A stretch of DNA of 40,425 bases from Candidatus Microgenomates bacterium (GCA_049523135.1 JBEKNE010000001.1:608809-649233), one strand, 5' to 3'. Positions 27,567 to 37,476 are shown, numbered from the stretch's first letter. Notes: generated by a model from the sequence alone, not told the origin. Program-made: numbers and translations.

Positions 27567-28770
27567 GTGTAATTTTTTGGTAGATATCCTCAGTTTTTTC
27601 GACAATTAATCTCCAATCATATTTTTCTTTAACTAATTTCCTTGCTCTTTCCCCCATTTTTTTCGCCTCACTGGGATTTTTAATTAACCAAACAATCTTT
27701 TCAGAAAATTCACATGGATTATCGGCAAGTAGTATGTTTTTACCGTTTTCTACCGCTAAGCCTTCTGCACCTTTAGAACTGGCCACAATCGGTTTTTCCA
27801 TTGCCATATATTCCAAGATTTTTAACCTTGTTCCCGAACCTGATTTAATTGGCGCAATACATACTTTTGCTTTGATGAGATATTTACGTACATCAACCAC
27901 AAATCCAGGAAGAATAAGTGAAGAGTCATCGCGAGCAATCTTCTTTAACCACTGAGGTGATTTTCCACAAAGGACATATATCTTTACATCAGGTATTATT
28001 TTTCTGACAACAGGATGAATATCAAAAAAATAATAGTGTAGCGCCTCTTCATTAGGCGGATAACTTGCCTGACCCATGTAAAGCAATATGTTTTCCAAGA
28101 CTTGTTTTTTAGGTCTAAAGAAAACAGAATCGGCTCCATTCGGAATAACGGAAATTTTCTTAGCGTTTACTATGTTTGCGAAATATTTCTTGTCTGTATT
28201 AGAACATGTGAAGATATAATCAACTGATTTTGCCGCTTCGTTTTCTATTTGCTCAAGATTGGGAAGGATCCATTTACCAACTGTTTTTTTTAATAAATTA
28301 AATACCCCAAGTGTCTCCTTAAATGCTACTTGTTCTACATTGTGAGCATCAAGAACGATCTTAATATTTCGTTCTTTTATTCGAGGTATTATATCCTTGA
28401 TGGCATAATAAGCATTAATTTGTTCAAGTTGAATTATGTCAGGATTCTCTTCTTTAATCTTATCAAGAATAACGTTCGCAATATCAGATTCCTTGTATTC
28501 TTCCATATAAGGAATCACCTTTTTTACTAGAGACACATAAAATTTCTTTACTAGATTAAAACGCTTAAAAGGAACAGCGTAAATTGGAATATTTAAGCTC
28601 TTTTCAACAATTGGCAAAAATTTCTTTGTATGGCTATCAATAATAGTAAAAAGTGATACAGAAAATTTATATTTGGAGATTTGCTTAATAAGATTAAAAT
28701 TACGAATAGGTGCCCCACTAATTCTGGTCGGCAATTCTGTTGTAATAATAAATACCTTTATTTTTTTCAT
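27547..28770 (-). CDS. GT4 glycosyltransferase
   Basis: DAHNVE, VIPNG, YPPN, GSGTRLKILEYMA. Confidence 0.9.
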   Translation of the reverse strand: MKKIKVFIITTELPTRISGAPIRNFNLIKQISKYKFSVSLFTIIDSHTKKFLPIVEKSLNIPIYAVPFKRFNLVKKFYVSLVKKVIPYMEEYKESDIANVILDKIKEENPDIIQLEQINAYYAIKDIIPRIKERNIKIVLDAHNVEQVAFKETLGVFNLLKKTVGKWILPNLEQIENEAAKSVDYIFTCSNTDKKYFANIVNAKKISVIPNGADSVFFRPKKQVLENILLYMGQASYPPNEEALHYYFFDIHPVVRKIIPDVKIYVLCGKSPQWLKKIARDDSSLILPGFVVDVRKYLIKAKVCIAPIKSGSGTRLKILEYMAMEKPIVASSKGAEGLAVENGKNILLADNPCEFSEKIVWLIKNPSEAKKMGERARKLVKEKYDWRLIVEKTEDIYQKITHEANEK

Positions 28771-28774
28771 ATAG

Positions 28775-29914
28775 TCATCTTGGATATGAATTATTTTCCA
28801 TTATTAACTGTAAGTGTTTAATGATACTCTCCCATGAGTACTTTTTTACTAAATCCCTTGTTTTCTTAACATCAATTTTTGTATCAAACGCAGTTTTTAT
28901 AGCATATGACAAATTTTTACCATTTCTATCTTTTTCATAAAAAAATGTATTAGGGAATTTTAGTTTTTTAACTTCATTTAAATTAGTAGAAACTATCTTT
29001 TTCCCCAAGGCGGAATATTCAAATACTTTCATGGGGCTTGCAGAGTCTCTGAATCTATTTTTTTCTGAAATATTCAAACAAACTTCGTATTTATTGATTT
29101 CTTCAAATAATTTTTTTCTGTTATTCAATCTACCTAAAAAGTAAACATTTTTATTTAACTTCAACTTATTGACTGTCTCTTTTGCCCCCGACAGCTCTGT
29201 ACCATCTCCAATCAAAACTAACTTAATATCAGGGTATTTAGTTTTTAACTTTTTCAATGTGTATAGAAGGGTATAAATTTCTGACCATTTTCCGAAAGTA
29301 GTTACATAAACCAGAGAATGTTTTTCACCCACAAAATATTTCTGCTTAATAACCCAACCTTCAACTCCATTTGTAAATTTATAGATTTTATCTTCGCGAA
29401 ATTTTTTAGCATATTTAACTAAATTGTCTGAAACGGCAATAACCGCCATACTTTTTTTTATCTGATTCTTAATGGTTTTTCTTATCTGTAATATCTTAAA
29501 AGCTAGTTTATATATACCCGAGCCATAAATCTTTTGAAAGGCTTCGTGGTCATCACACATGTCATAGATAATTGGTAATTCTAGGGGTGGTTCGGTTTCA
29601 TTAAAATAGGCTTCTGAAACTATCATATCAATGTCATATTTAATAAATATTTTTCTAATCTGCCATTTGAATAGAGGTTTATTTAATGGGAAAAAGAAAG
29701 GAAATCTGCGGATTTTATGAATTATTAAGCCTTCTATTTTCGATTGTTTATATTTCCAAGAATTTCTAAAATTATTTAACATATTTGTAAACGATATGGG
29801 GTAAGGCATGTCCCATAAAATCAAGTGTACGGAATTACCTCCTTTGGCCAAATATTTGGCTATCGAATATGCTCTACCAGCAGAAGGTAGATGGGGAATT
29901 ACAATAATATTCAT
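28775..29914 (-). CDS. GT4-like glycosyltransferase
   Basis: YDMCDD, NGV, IGDG, SPMKVFEYSALGK, YSW. Confidence 0.88.
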   Translation of the reverse strand: MNIIVIPHLPSAGRAYSIAKYLAKGGNSVHLILWDMPYPISFTNMLNNFRNSWKYKQSKIEGLIIHKIRRFPFFFPLNKPLFKWQIRKIFIKYDIDMIVSEAYFNETEPPLELPIIYDMCDDHEAFQKIYGSGIYKLAFKILQIRKTIKNQIKKSMAVIAVSDNLVKYAKKFREDKIYKFTNGVEGWVIKQKYFVGEKHSLVYVTTFGKWSEIYTLLYTLKKLKTKYPDIKLVLIGDGTELSGAKETVNKLKLNKNVYFLGRLNNRKKLFEEINKYEVCLNISEKNRFRDSASPMKVFEYSALGKKIVSTNLNEVKKLKFPNTFFYEKDRNGKNLSYAIKTAFDTKIDVKKTRDLVKKYSWESIIKHLQLIMENNSYPR

Positions 29915-30003
29915 TTTGTATGAAGTTCATTGATCCCATTAACACACTTGTCCTCTATATAATTATTAGCAAATTCTTTATATCTATTATTGATATTTCT
30001 CAT
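29911..30003 (-). pseudogene. 30-aa mini-ORF inside the glycosylation operon
   Basis: MRNINNRYKEFANNYIEDKCVNGINELHTK*; starts 9 nt after the epimerase stop and ends in an ATGA overlap with the next GT. Confidence 0.45.
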
Positions 30004-30012
30004 AAAATGAGA

Positions 30013-30951
30013 TTATCTTTCTTTCAACCATGTGTCTAAACGTTCCAGGCCTTCATCAAGTGGCACATTGGGTGTAAATTTAAGCTCTTTTCTTATCTTA
30101 CTTATATCAGCAGATAATACATTTATATCTCCGGCCCAACTTTTCCCCGTATAGCGAATGTTAATTTTTTTAATTTTTAGAACTTTTGTAAGCATTTCAA
30201 CAAGCCTTTTTATGCTTATTGTTTTCCCACCTGCAATGTTGTAAACCTGTCCGTTAGAGTTGTCGCTTTCAGCAGCAAGAATAAATGCGGCTACGGTATC
30301 ACTAACATAACTGTAGTCACGCCTTTGATTTCCTGAACCGAGTACTTCGATTCTTGAATCATCTTTGTAAAGTCTTTTTAAAAGATCATACATCACATAT
30401 CTAGATTGCCTTACTCCGTACGTGTTAAATATGCGCATGGTAACAAAAGGTAGACCGTATGTTTTGTAGTAGGAATACCCCAATCGTTCTGTTGCCAGCT
30501 TTGATGCTCCATAGGGTGATATCGGAACTGTCGGGTGCATTTCATCAACAGGAGTATATATTGGGTCACCATATACTGCAGCGCTTGATGCGAAAACTAT
30601 CTTCTTAACTTTATTTTTAAGAGCATTTTGCAAGACATTGTAGCTACCCATTATGTTAATTTCAAAATCTTCTTCAGGGTGTTGAACTGAATAAGGAACG
30701 TCAGCGTTTGCAGCTAAATGGAACACTATCTCTTGCCCACGCATTATCTTTCTAAGTTTTTCTTTATCCCGAATATCGATGTTTTTATAAATTATCTTTT
30801 CTTTAGATAATTCTAAATTACTTAAATATCCACTAAACAGATTATCTACTACGGTTACCTTAGCCCCCTTTTTAACCAGCACATCAACAAGGTGAGAACC
30901 AATAAAGCCAGCCCCGCCTGTTACAAGAACTTTTTTGTTGTGCAATTCCAT
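30013..30951 (-). CDS. NAD-dependent nucleotide-sugar epimerase/dehydratase (GalE-like SDR)
   Basis: TGGAGFIG, HLAA, ASSAAVYG, YGASK, RIFNTYG. Confidence 0.93.
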   Translation of the reverse strand: MELHNKKVLVTGGAGFIGSHLVDVLVKKGAKVTVVDNLFSGYLSNLELSKEKIIYKNIDIRDKEKLRKIMRGQEIVFHLAANADVPYSVQHPEEDFEINIMGSYNVLQNALKNKVKKIVFASSAAVYGDPIYTPVDEMHPTVPISPYGASKLATERLGYSYYKTYGLPFVTMRIFNTYGVRQSRYVMYDLLKRLYKDDSRIEVLGSGNQRRDYSYVSDTVAAFILAAESDNSNGQVYNIAGGKTISIKRLVEMLTKVLKIKKINIRYTGKSWAGDINVLSADISKIRKELKFTPNVPLDEGLERLDTWLKER

Positions 30952-30956
30952 AATGA

Positions 30957-32132
30957 CTAAACTTTGTTTATCACTTTCAAAAGACTATCGATATTTTTTT
31001 CCCATGTAAATTTCCGTATCATCACATCTCTACAATTTTTTGAGATACGGTTTTGCAGTTCTTTATTATTAAAAAGTGTATCAATATATAAGTTTATTTG
31101 TTTTGGATTTTGTGTTTCGACTTGGAACCCTGTTTTGCCGTTTTTAATTATTTCAGTATGGCCGCCACTTTTTGTAGCAATCACAGGAAGACCCGCTGAC
31201 ATTGCTTCAAGAATTGCCATTGGAAACCCCTCCCCTTTTCTTGATGGAAGAATAAACACATCAGCAGCTGAATAATACAGCGGTAAATTATTGTCAGATA
31301 TATACCCAACCAACTTGACGTTTTTAAAACCCCTCTTTTGAATATACTTTTTAGTAGATTTTAAGTCTGGTCCCGTCCCACCAATTAAAAATAATACATG
31401 TGAATTTTTTGAGAGCTCGGCAGCTTTTGATAAATTATCAATCCCGTTTTTAAAAGTAATTCTCCTAATAGTTAGGCAAACAAATTTATTTATGGGGATA
31501 TTAAGTTTTTTTCTTAAAAAACTTTTACTATATTTCGTATAAAACCTTTCGTTATCAACACCGTTATATATAACTTTTATATTTTTATTATTGGTAATTT
31601 TTTGTATATATTTCTTGGTTGCCTTACTTCCAGCTATAACATCAGTACTATTGTCTAGATTGTATTTTCCTAGTGTCTTATCAAAAAGTTTATATATTAA
31701 ATTGACAAATATTGAATTAGAAAATATTTCAGTATTGTGTTGCGTAAGTACTATATGTTTTTTTAGACGTTTAGCTATATAAACATAAACAAATGATGCA
31801 AGGTAAGGATGTCCATGAATGTTAATAACGTCTGAATTGGCAATTTCGTTATATATTTTCATCACATTATGAGGGGTCAGTATCGGAACGGCAAATGGTA
31901 TGCCAAATATTTTATATGCAATATTAATACTTGGAATCCGAACAATTTCGATATTATCCTCTATTCTGTCTAAATCCGTTTTTGAATATGTTGACGTAAG
32001 GATCCTAACCGGATATCCTAACTTCTTGAGTTCTTTTGCTTGATTAATTATTACTTCTTCAATACCCCCTTTAAATGATAAGTATTGATATGCAATTAAA
32101 ATTCTATTTTTACTATTGACTGTTAAATTCAT
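30957..32132 (-). CDS. GT4 glycosyltransferase
   Basis: GGIE, IYNGVD, KNG, ADVFILPS, EGFPMAILEAM. Confidence 0.92.
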   Translation of the reverse strand: MNLTVNSKNRILIAYQYLSFKGGIEEVIINQAKELKKLGYPVRILTSTYSKTDLDRIEDNIEIVRIPSINIAYKIFGIPFAVPILTPHNVMKIYNEIANSDVINIHGHPYLASFVYVYIAKRLKKHIVLTQHNTEIFSNSIFVNLIYKLFDKTLGKYNLDNSTDVIAGSKATKKYIQKITNNKNIKVIYNGVDNERFYTKYSKSFLRKKLNIPINKFVCLTIRRITFKNGIDNLSKAAELSKNSHVLFLIGGTGPDLKSTKKYIQKRGFKNVKLVGYISDNNLPLYYSAADVFILPSRKGEGFPMAILEAMSAGLPVIATKSGGHTEIIKNGKTGFQVETQNPKQINLYIDTLFNNKELQNRISKNCRDVMIRKFTWEKNIDSLLKVINKV

Positions 32133-32896
32133 ATTCTAAAAATTAAAAAAGTTTTTGATCCATTCTTAAAAATTTGGGATTTGCGCCTTTTTCTAATTGG
32201 TTTCCATCTTAGATTACTTATAAACATCAATAAAATTTGTAAGCCGTCTTTATACGGGTGTATTTTTGACTTTCCCTTTCTTCGATCATAAGTAATAGGA
32301 ACAGAGTAAATATTAAAACCTAATCTTCGTAATTTTGTCATCATTTCCATTTCAATTGTAAAATTTGTTGAACTTAAATTGGGGATTAGAATTTTTACTA
32401 CCCCACTTTTAAATGCAATAAATCCCGTTAAGGCATCTGTAATATTTGCCTTGTAAAATTGCCTTACAAAAAACGCACAAATCCAGTTTATAAAACGGTG
32501 AGGAAAATCAAATGAATCATGCATGATCTTTCCACCGAGTCGGGAACCTGCAATTACATCGCAAAATCCGCTTTCAAGAGGTTCTATTAATCGTGGAATC
32601 TCTTTTGCCTTATAAGTGTTGTCCCCATCAATAACAACAATATAATCAGAGTTACCGTTAACATATTTAAAACCAGAAATTAGTGCGTTTCCTTTGCCCT
32701 TAGAAGGTTCTTCGATAACTTTTGCTCCCTTAGACAATGCAACTTCAGCGGTTTTATCTTTACTGTTATTATCAATGACTACAACATTGGTCCTATATCC
32801 TAAATGACGCAGTAATTGTACCGGTATATTATCCATAACCAAGCCTATCCCCGCTTCTTCATTATGGCATGGAATTAACACCGTTAGTTTTTTCAT
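32129..32896 (-). CDS. GT2 glycosyltransferase, DPM1/polyprenol-phosphate-sugar synthase-like
   Basis: IPCHNEE, IDNNSKD, GKGNA, DGDNTY, GSR, ITDALTG, FTIEME, RKGKSKI..DG. Confidence 0.9.
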   Translation of the reverse strand: MKKLTVLIPCHNEEAGIGLVMDNIPVQLLRHLGYRTNVVVIDNNSKDKTAEVALSKGAKVIEEPSKGKGNALISGFKYVNGNSDYIVVIDGDNTYKAKEIPRLIEPLESGFCDVIAGSRLGGKIMHDSFDFPHRFINWICAFFVRQFYKANITDALTGFIAFKSGVVKILIPNLSSTNFTIEMEMMTKLRRLGFNIYSVPITYDRRKGKSKIHPYKDGLQILLMFISNLRWKPIRKRRKSQIFKNGSKTFLIFRI

Positions 32897-33681
32897 TGCA
32901 TTCCTCTTATTTTGAAATACACGTATTTATTTTCATTGGTTAGTTTAACAAAAATTTTTGCTTGTTGGACAGGGACTTTCAAAACATAGGTTTCCGCAAT
33001 TGTTTTGTATTCACCTTGCTCTAGACTAAATTGACCATTATCTATTTGTATTACTTCCCCACCCTCTTCCATATAGACCTCATAGGGATAGATCATGTCT
33101 TTATTTTCAAAATTGTGGACGGTGAAGGCAAATTTTATTGTTTGATTAGAAGTTACTCTTAAAGGAAGCGGCGGATGATTATTAAAGTAAAGTTCTGTGG
33201 ATACTGCAGGTTGGACTATTTCACTGACCGGTTGCTGTACTGCCAAGTTTGTTTCATCCGTCCAAAAATCGATTTGTTGTTTTTTATTGATAAGGTCGAC
33301 TACAATCTGAATCCTTTCTGTAGGCAGAGTAAGTGTGTACTTTTCGGGGATAGTTTTATATTCATCCTGATTGAGGGTAAAACTCCCTTTGTCTATTATT
33401 TGTTTTTCCCCGTTGCAGCCTTTTTCCAAACACTCTATGTAGACTTCATACGGGTAGACTATATTTTTATACTCAAGGTCGTGAACGGTGAAAGCGAAAT
33501 TAACGGTCTTACCTAAAACTGAAGTTGAGGGAAGCTCTAAGTGATTTTCAAAATAAAGTTCGGTAAACGTTTCCGGTTTTACGGTTGTGGCTAATTCAAC
33601 GGCTTCTTTTACCCCGGGAACAAACGTATAAATACAATATATTCCGATGACAAAAAGTACGGCTAATATAATTTTCTTCAT
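32893..33681 (-). CDS. Membrane-anchored protein with two tandem DUF1616-like beta domains
   Basis: N-terminal TM; duplicated TELYF..H..LP...FAFTVH...YPYEVY...EYKTI; ATG 33681 preferred. Confidence 0.72.
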   Translation of the reverse strand: MKKIILAVLFVIGIYCIYTFVPGVKEAVELATTVKPETFTELYFENHLELPSTSVLGKTVNFAFTVHDLEYKNIVYPYEVYIECLEKGCNGEKQIIDKGSFTLNQDEYKTIPEKYTLTLPTERIQIVVDLINKKQQIDFWTDETNLAVQQPVSEIVQPAVSTELYFNNHPPLPLRVTSNQTIKFAFTVHNFENKDMIYPYEVYMEEGGEVIQIDNGQFSLEQGEYKTIAETYVLKVPVQQAKIFVKLTNENKYVYFKIRGMQ

Positions 33682-33696
33682 ATAGTTTTTACCATT

Positions 33697-33727
33697 AAAA
33701 AACCCAATCAACTTTCGTATGATTGGG
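33697..33727 (-). terminator. Intrinsic terminator between the fibre gene and the glycosylation operon
   Basis: Minus strand CCCAATCA-N9-TGATTGGG-TTTTTT. Confidence 0.75.
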
Positions 33728-33806
33728 CAGTTGTTTACTACTTTATTCTATGAAGAGAAGTTTATTATTTTTATCAATATTTATCAATCACCCATCAATA
33801 AAGATA

Positions 33807-36641
33807 TTAAATTGGTGATGCCGTCGGGCTAGCGCTTTCCGATGCCAAAGGCGTCGGAGTTGGTGTCCCGATGGGACTTGGTGAAGGTGATTCAACCGGA
33901 GTAATGGTGGGTATAACCGGTGTTGCAGTCGGGGTCTCGATAGGGCTTGACGATGGTGAAGCTGTCGGTGTTGCCGAAGGCAGCAATTCTTGCAATTGAT
34001 CTCCGTTCATACAAACTTCGCTGCCATCGGACTTCTTAAGGCAAATCTCGTTAGTATGGACTTTGTTGGCAAATATTTCATCAAAATAGCCCCGAATTAC
34101 AGTAATGCGGGCTGCAACAAAATCTGCCAAAATCTTTGTTCCTCCGCCAATTTCCGATGTAATAAAGGCAATGGGATCCCTCGGGTTTTCAGTTTGAATT
34201 CCTAGAACCAATCCGCCATCATTCGACGTTGGACCGATATATCCCGAAATTTGCTGAACGGCTTTTGTCAGAATCGGAATAAACTGGGTCGGGTCAATTG
34301 CCTGAATCACGCCGTTCGCATCCCTTACGACAAGTCTTTCGTCAACATTCGCTGCTTCCTCAGCTATAAAGCCGAGCGAAGGCTCGTTATCACTGTCGTA
34401 ATTGAAGCTTACGGGGCGGAGTTCCATAACTGCATCCAATCCCAGCGAGATATCAGCAATATTGTGTTTATATTCTTCTGATGAAGGATTACATTCACTC
34501 TCACTGGCACCAAAGAAAAGCTGGTTGGTAGTACTATCAATACAAAGAACTAATTTACCGTTTGTCGGAGTCGCAGCTCCATTAACAAAGACTCCACCTG
34601 TTCCTCCATTTAAATTAAGTGTTGTAGCAGCGATATTCAATACACCGAGCGAATCCATTGTAGCTCCATCGGCAAGAGTTAAAGCCTGATCGGGTGAACT
34701 TGTTCCAATACCAACGTTTCCTGAAGGAGCAATGGTTATTTCTGCATTACCGTTGGTTCCCAAAACTACCGGAGCATTTCCCGATGTCCCAATCAATAAA
34801 CCATTACTTGGTATACTATTCCCATCATCAACTTTTAATACAGTAGTATTATCTGCTGTTATCCCCAAAAACGACTGACCTGTATCTGTACCAAATGTAG
34901 TACCGGTCAGCCCAAATGCGACACTACCGTTATCGTCATTACTAAAAAGAAGAGCGGAGGCAGAACCGGAATTCTCAGATTGGATATTTTCAAGGGCGTT
35001 ATCGGTTTGATTATCAATAGTAAGTTGCGAGGTTGGACTATTTGTACCAATTCCGATTCTATGATTTAAAGCATCAATCGAAAGTGTATTTGAATCAAAA
35101 TTAAGAGAGTCGACGACATTTGCAAGAGTCCATGTAGATGCCGCCCCACTGGTAAAATTTAATGCTCCTGATGAATTAATAATTCCCGATGAAGCGGTAA
35201 GACTAAGTGCACCAGTAGTTTGTGTTAAACCATTTGACGCTGTCAGAAGTCCTGCTGAGGTAATTGTTCCTGTCCCGGTAGTAGAAATATTCCCGGTGGC
35301 AGTAAGGTCCCCATTACTGGATGCGATTATCTTTGCATTACCGGCACTATCCAAAACTTTCAGTCCATAAGTTCCGGGGGTACCTTTTATCTCCATATTT
35401 ATGTCCCCCGCGCTTGGCGACGAGGCTATAAATAAACCCTTACTGGTACCGGAGGGACCATCAAACCACAGATCCGCTCCCGTATATGGAAAATTCGCCT
35501 CTTGAATCTCAAAGGCATGATCTTCATCTGACGACTGTTCGACAATTACTCTTCCTTTGTCGTTGGTTAAATAAAGATTGTTGTAATCACTTCTTATAGA
35601 TGCAAATCCTGGTGTCCCACCTGCCTGTTGTAGAATATTAATATCTTTCGTTACAGTTAAGTCACTCAAAGCAGTCAAAAGTCCTGCTGAAGTAATTGTT
35701 CCTGTACCGATGGTAGAAATATCAAATGGAGTTGTGTTGCCTCTTCCTGTTACCGAAGCCAACGTATCGACTTCCGTTGTAAGATAACCGGCATCGTTAG
35801 TCCATTGAGAAATACCTGGCGAGGCAAAGTTACCAACGGTAAGACCGGAAATTGCTGTCGGTGTTACTCCCGTTACCCTTCCCTGGTCATCCGTTGTAAA
35901 AACCGGAATAGTTGATGAACTTCCGTAAGTTCCTGCCGTTCCGACTGTCGGAAGTGTTCCGGTTACTGTTATTGTATCCGTTCCGTTTGTCGATATTGTA
36001 TTTATTCCGCCTCCGGCAATATTCAAAACTCCGTTCAAAGTATTCAGAGAAGTTACTCCTGTCGCAGGACCAGTAGCGCCAGTTGCTCCAGTCGCTCCGG
36101 TAGCGCCGGTTGCTCCGGCCGGACCTGCTGGACCTGTTGCTCCGACACCTGCAGGAGCGGGAACAACAGCTGCAGCCGGTGCGGTATTTGTGATAACTGT
36201 TTGCGTTGCTGGCGTACCGCACTCTCCGGGGAGACAAATATTAGCAACGGTTGCAGGAGCAATAACCCTTAGTGCTTTTACTGCCGCTGCCGCCTGGGGT
36301 TCAAGTACCCCTGCCGTATATGCAGCAAGTACGCTACCTTGATTCACGGTACTTGCCGCAAGAACGTTAGAGTTTGGATTTTCGGAAAGAGCTTGCGACT
36401 TATTTATTTGAAAGTTAAAAAAACCGGCCGTTTGTGAAGGATTAACGAAAAAGACAGCCATGATAACAACCGGAGGAACAATCACCAAAATCAAGAGATA
36501 GGAAATAAACATGGCTCTCGTTATCTTTACCGACCGAGTAGTCTTGGCAATAGATCTGTACGCGGCTAAAAGAAAACCCTTAAAGGGACCCGGATTTACA
36601 GGTTCCTCTATGGTTGGGGTTGATATTGATTTTGTGGGCAT
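33807..36641 (-). CDS. Large membrane-anchored fibre/adhesin-like protein with collagen repeat and S74 chaperone domain
   Basis: TM near residues 44-66; (GXY)9; T/G-rich beta repeats; RIGIGT and NVGIGT; SSEEYKHNI..L.PVSFNY..LGFIAEE; Pro/Ser/Thr tail. Confidence 0.85.
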   Translation of the reverse strand: MPTKSISTPTIEEPVNPGPFKGFLLAAYRSIAKTTRSVKITRAMFISYLLILVIVPPVVIMAVFFVNPSQTAGFFNFQINKSQALSENPNSNVLAASTVNQGSVLAAYTAGVLEPQAAAAVKALRVIAPATVANICLPGECGTPATQTVITNTAPAAAVVPAPAGVGATGPAGPAGATGATGATGATGATGPATGVTSLNTLNGVLNIAGGGINTISTNGTDTITVTGTLPTVGTAGTYGSSSTIPVFTTDDQGRVTGVTPTAISGLTVGNFASPGISQWTNDAGYLTTEVDTLASVTGRGNTTPFDISTIGTGTITSAGLLTALSDLTVTKDINILQQAGGTPGFASIRSDYNNLYLTNDKGRVIVEQSSDEDHAFEIQEANFPYTGADLWFDGPSGTSKGLFIASSPSAGDINMEIKGTPGTYGLKVLDSAGNAKIIASSNGDLTATGNISTTGTGTITSAGLLTASNGLTQTTGALSLTASSGIINSSGALNFTSGAASTWTLANVVDSLNFDSNTLSIDALNHRIGIGTNSPTSQLTIDNQTDNALENIQSENSGSASALLFSNDDNGSVAFGLTGTTFGTDTGQSFLGITADNTTVLKVDDGNSIPSNGLLIGTSGNAPVVLGTNGNAEITIAPSGNVGIGTSSPDQALTLADGATMDSLGVLNIAATTLNLNGGTGGVFVNGAATPTNGKLVLCIDSTTNQLFFGASESECNPSSEEYKHNIADISLGLDAVMELRPVSFNYDSDNEPSLGFIAEEAANVDERLVVRDANGVIQAIDPTQFIPILTKAVQQISGYIGPTSNDGGLVLGIQTENPRDPIAFITSEIGGGTKILADFVAARITVIRGYFDEIFANKVHTNEICLKKSDGSEVCMNGDQLQELLPSATPTASPSSSPIETPTATPVIPTITPVESPSPSPIGTPTPTPLASESASPTASPI
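36063..36143 (-). repeat. Collagen-like Gly-X-Y x9
   Basis: Peptide GATGPAGPAGATGATGATGATGATGPA. Confidence 0.9.
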
Positions 36642-36666
36642 ATTTTGTTTAGGTCAAAGAGATTTG

Positions 36667-37050
36667 TCACAATCTCAAAGTCTCCTTAATTTTTTTGATG
36701 ATATCCTCAAGTTCCCAATCTGATTTGATTAAATAGTCTGTGGCATTATCTTTTAATGTTTCCCTAATATGTTCAGGGTCATCGTCGTTTGAAAGCAACA
36801 AAACCGGAACATGCTCTCCCCACTTGTCTTCCCGAAGCTTTTCAAGCATTTTTATTCCGTTTATCTTCGGCATAATTACATCAAGCAAGATTAGATCAGG
36901 TTTTTCTTTGATCCCAACTTTCAAGCCTTCTTCTCCGTCACCAGCCATTAAAGCAGTAAAGCCTTCATGATTTATCTTATCCTTTAGGGCATTTCTTAAT
37001 GAACCGTCGTCATCTACTATGAGAATTTTCTTTTTTTGATCAATATCCAT
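36667..37050 (-). CDS. Stand-alone response regulator receiver
   Basis: KILIVDDD, DLILLDVIMP, LSN, YLIKSDW. Confidence 0.92.
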   Translation of the reverse strand: MDIDQKKKILIVDDDGSLRNALKDKINHEGFTALMAGDGEEGLKVGIKEKPDLILLDVIMPKINGIKMLEKLREDKWGEHVPVLLLSNDDDPEHIRETLKDNATDYLIKSDWELEDIIKKIKETLRL

Positions 37051-37188
37051 ATATAAATAAATGTATCACATTTTCACATAAATCGCACCTAATTCCAATC
37101 AATTGTTTCAATAATATACATTAATATACATATAGAATATTGGGTCCTACCTTTAAAACCGAATTTGGGCTATTCTGACACTTTTTAA

Positions 37189-37476
37189 TTACCAGGAAGG
37201 GAAAGGCCCGGGAAGGTCACCATCGAGAAACCAACGGCCTTGATATTTAACGAGTTTGATAACTTTACCATTTTTCAGCATACATGTTCCTTCTGTGTCT
37301 GTACGGGTTAACAGTTGCTGACAGCCACGGAATGAATAATAATTTTCAAAAGTGGAATGTGCCCACTTAAGATAGAATAATTGATAAACACAAATCGCAA
37401 AAAAGATTACTCCCAAAGTCAAAACCATAGCAACTAATATTTGATACTTCTTAATAAATTTCCTTAGAGCTTTCAT
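37189..37476 (-). CDS. Single-TM hypothetical protein with a Cys pair
   Basis: TM then FRGC...GTCM...WFLDGDLP; TG-a-TAAAAT 8 nt before ATG. Confidence 0.75.
   Translation of the reverse strand: MKALRKFIKKYQILVAMVLTLGVIFFAICVYQLFYLKWAHSTFENYYSFRGCQQLLTRTDTEGTCMLKNGKVIKLVKYQGRWFLDGDLPGPFPSW

Noticed and set aside
33807-36641. Prophage, suggested by the S74 tail-fibre domain
   Set aside because: No capsid, terminase, portal or integrase genes, and the protein has an N-terminal membrane anchor
37112-37131. Tandem 10-mer TAATATACAT x2
   Set aside because: Only two copies in very AT-rich DNA; cannot be told from chance
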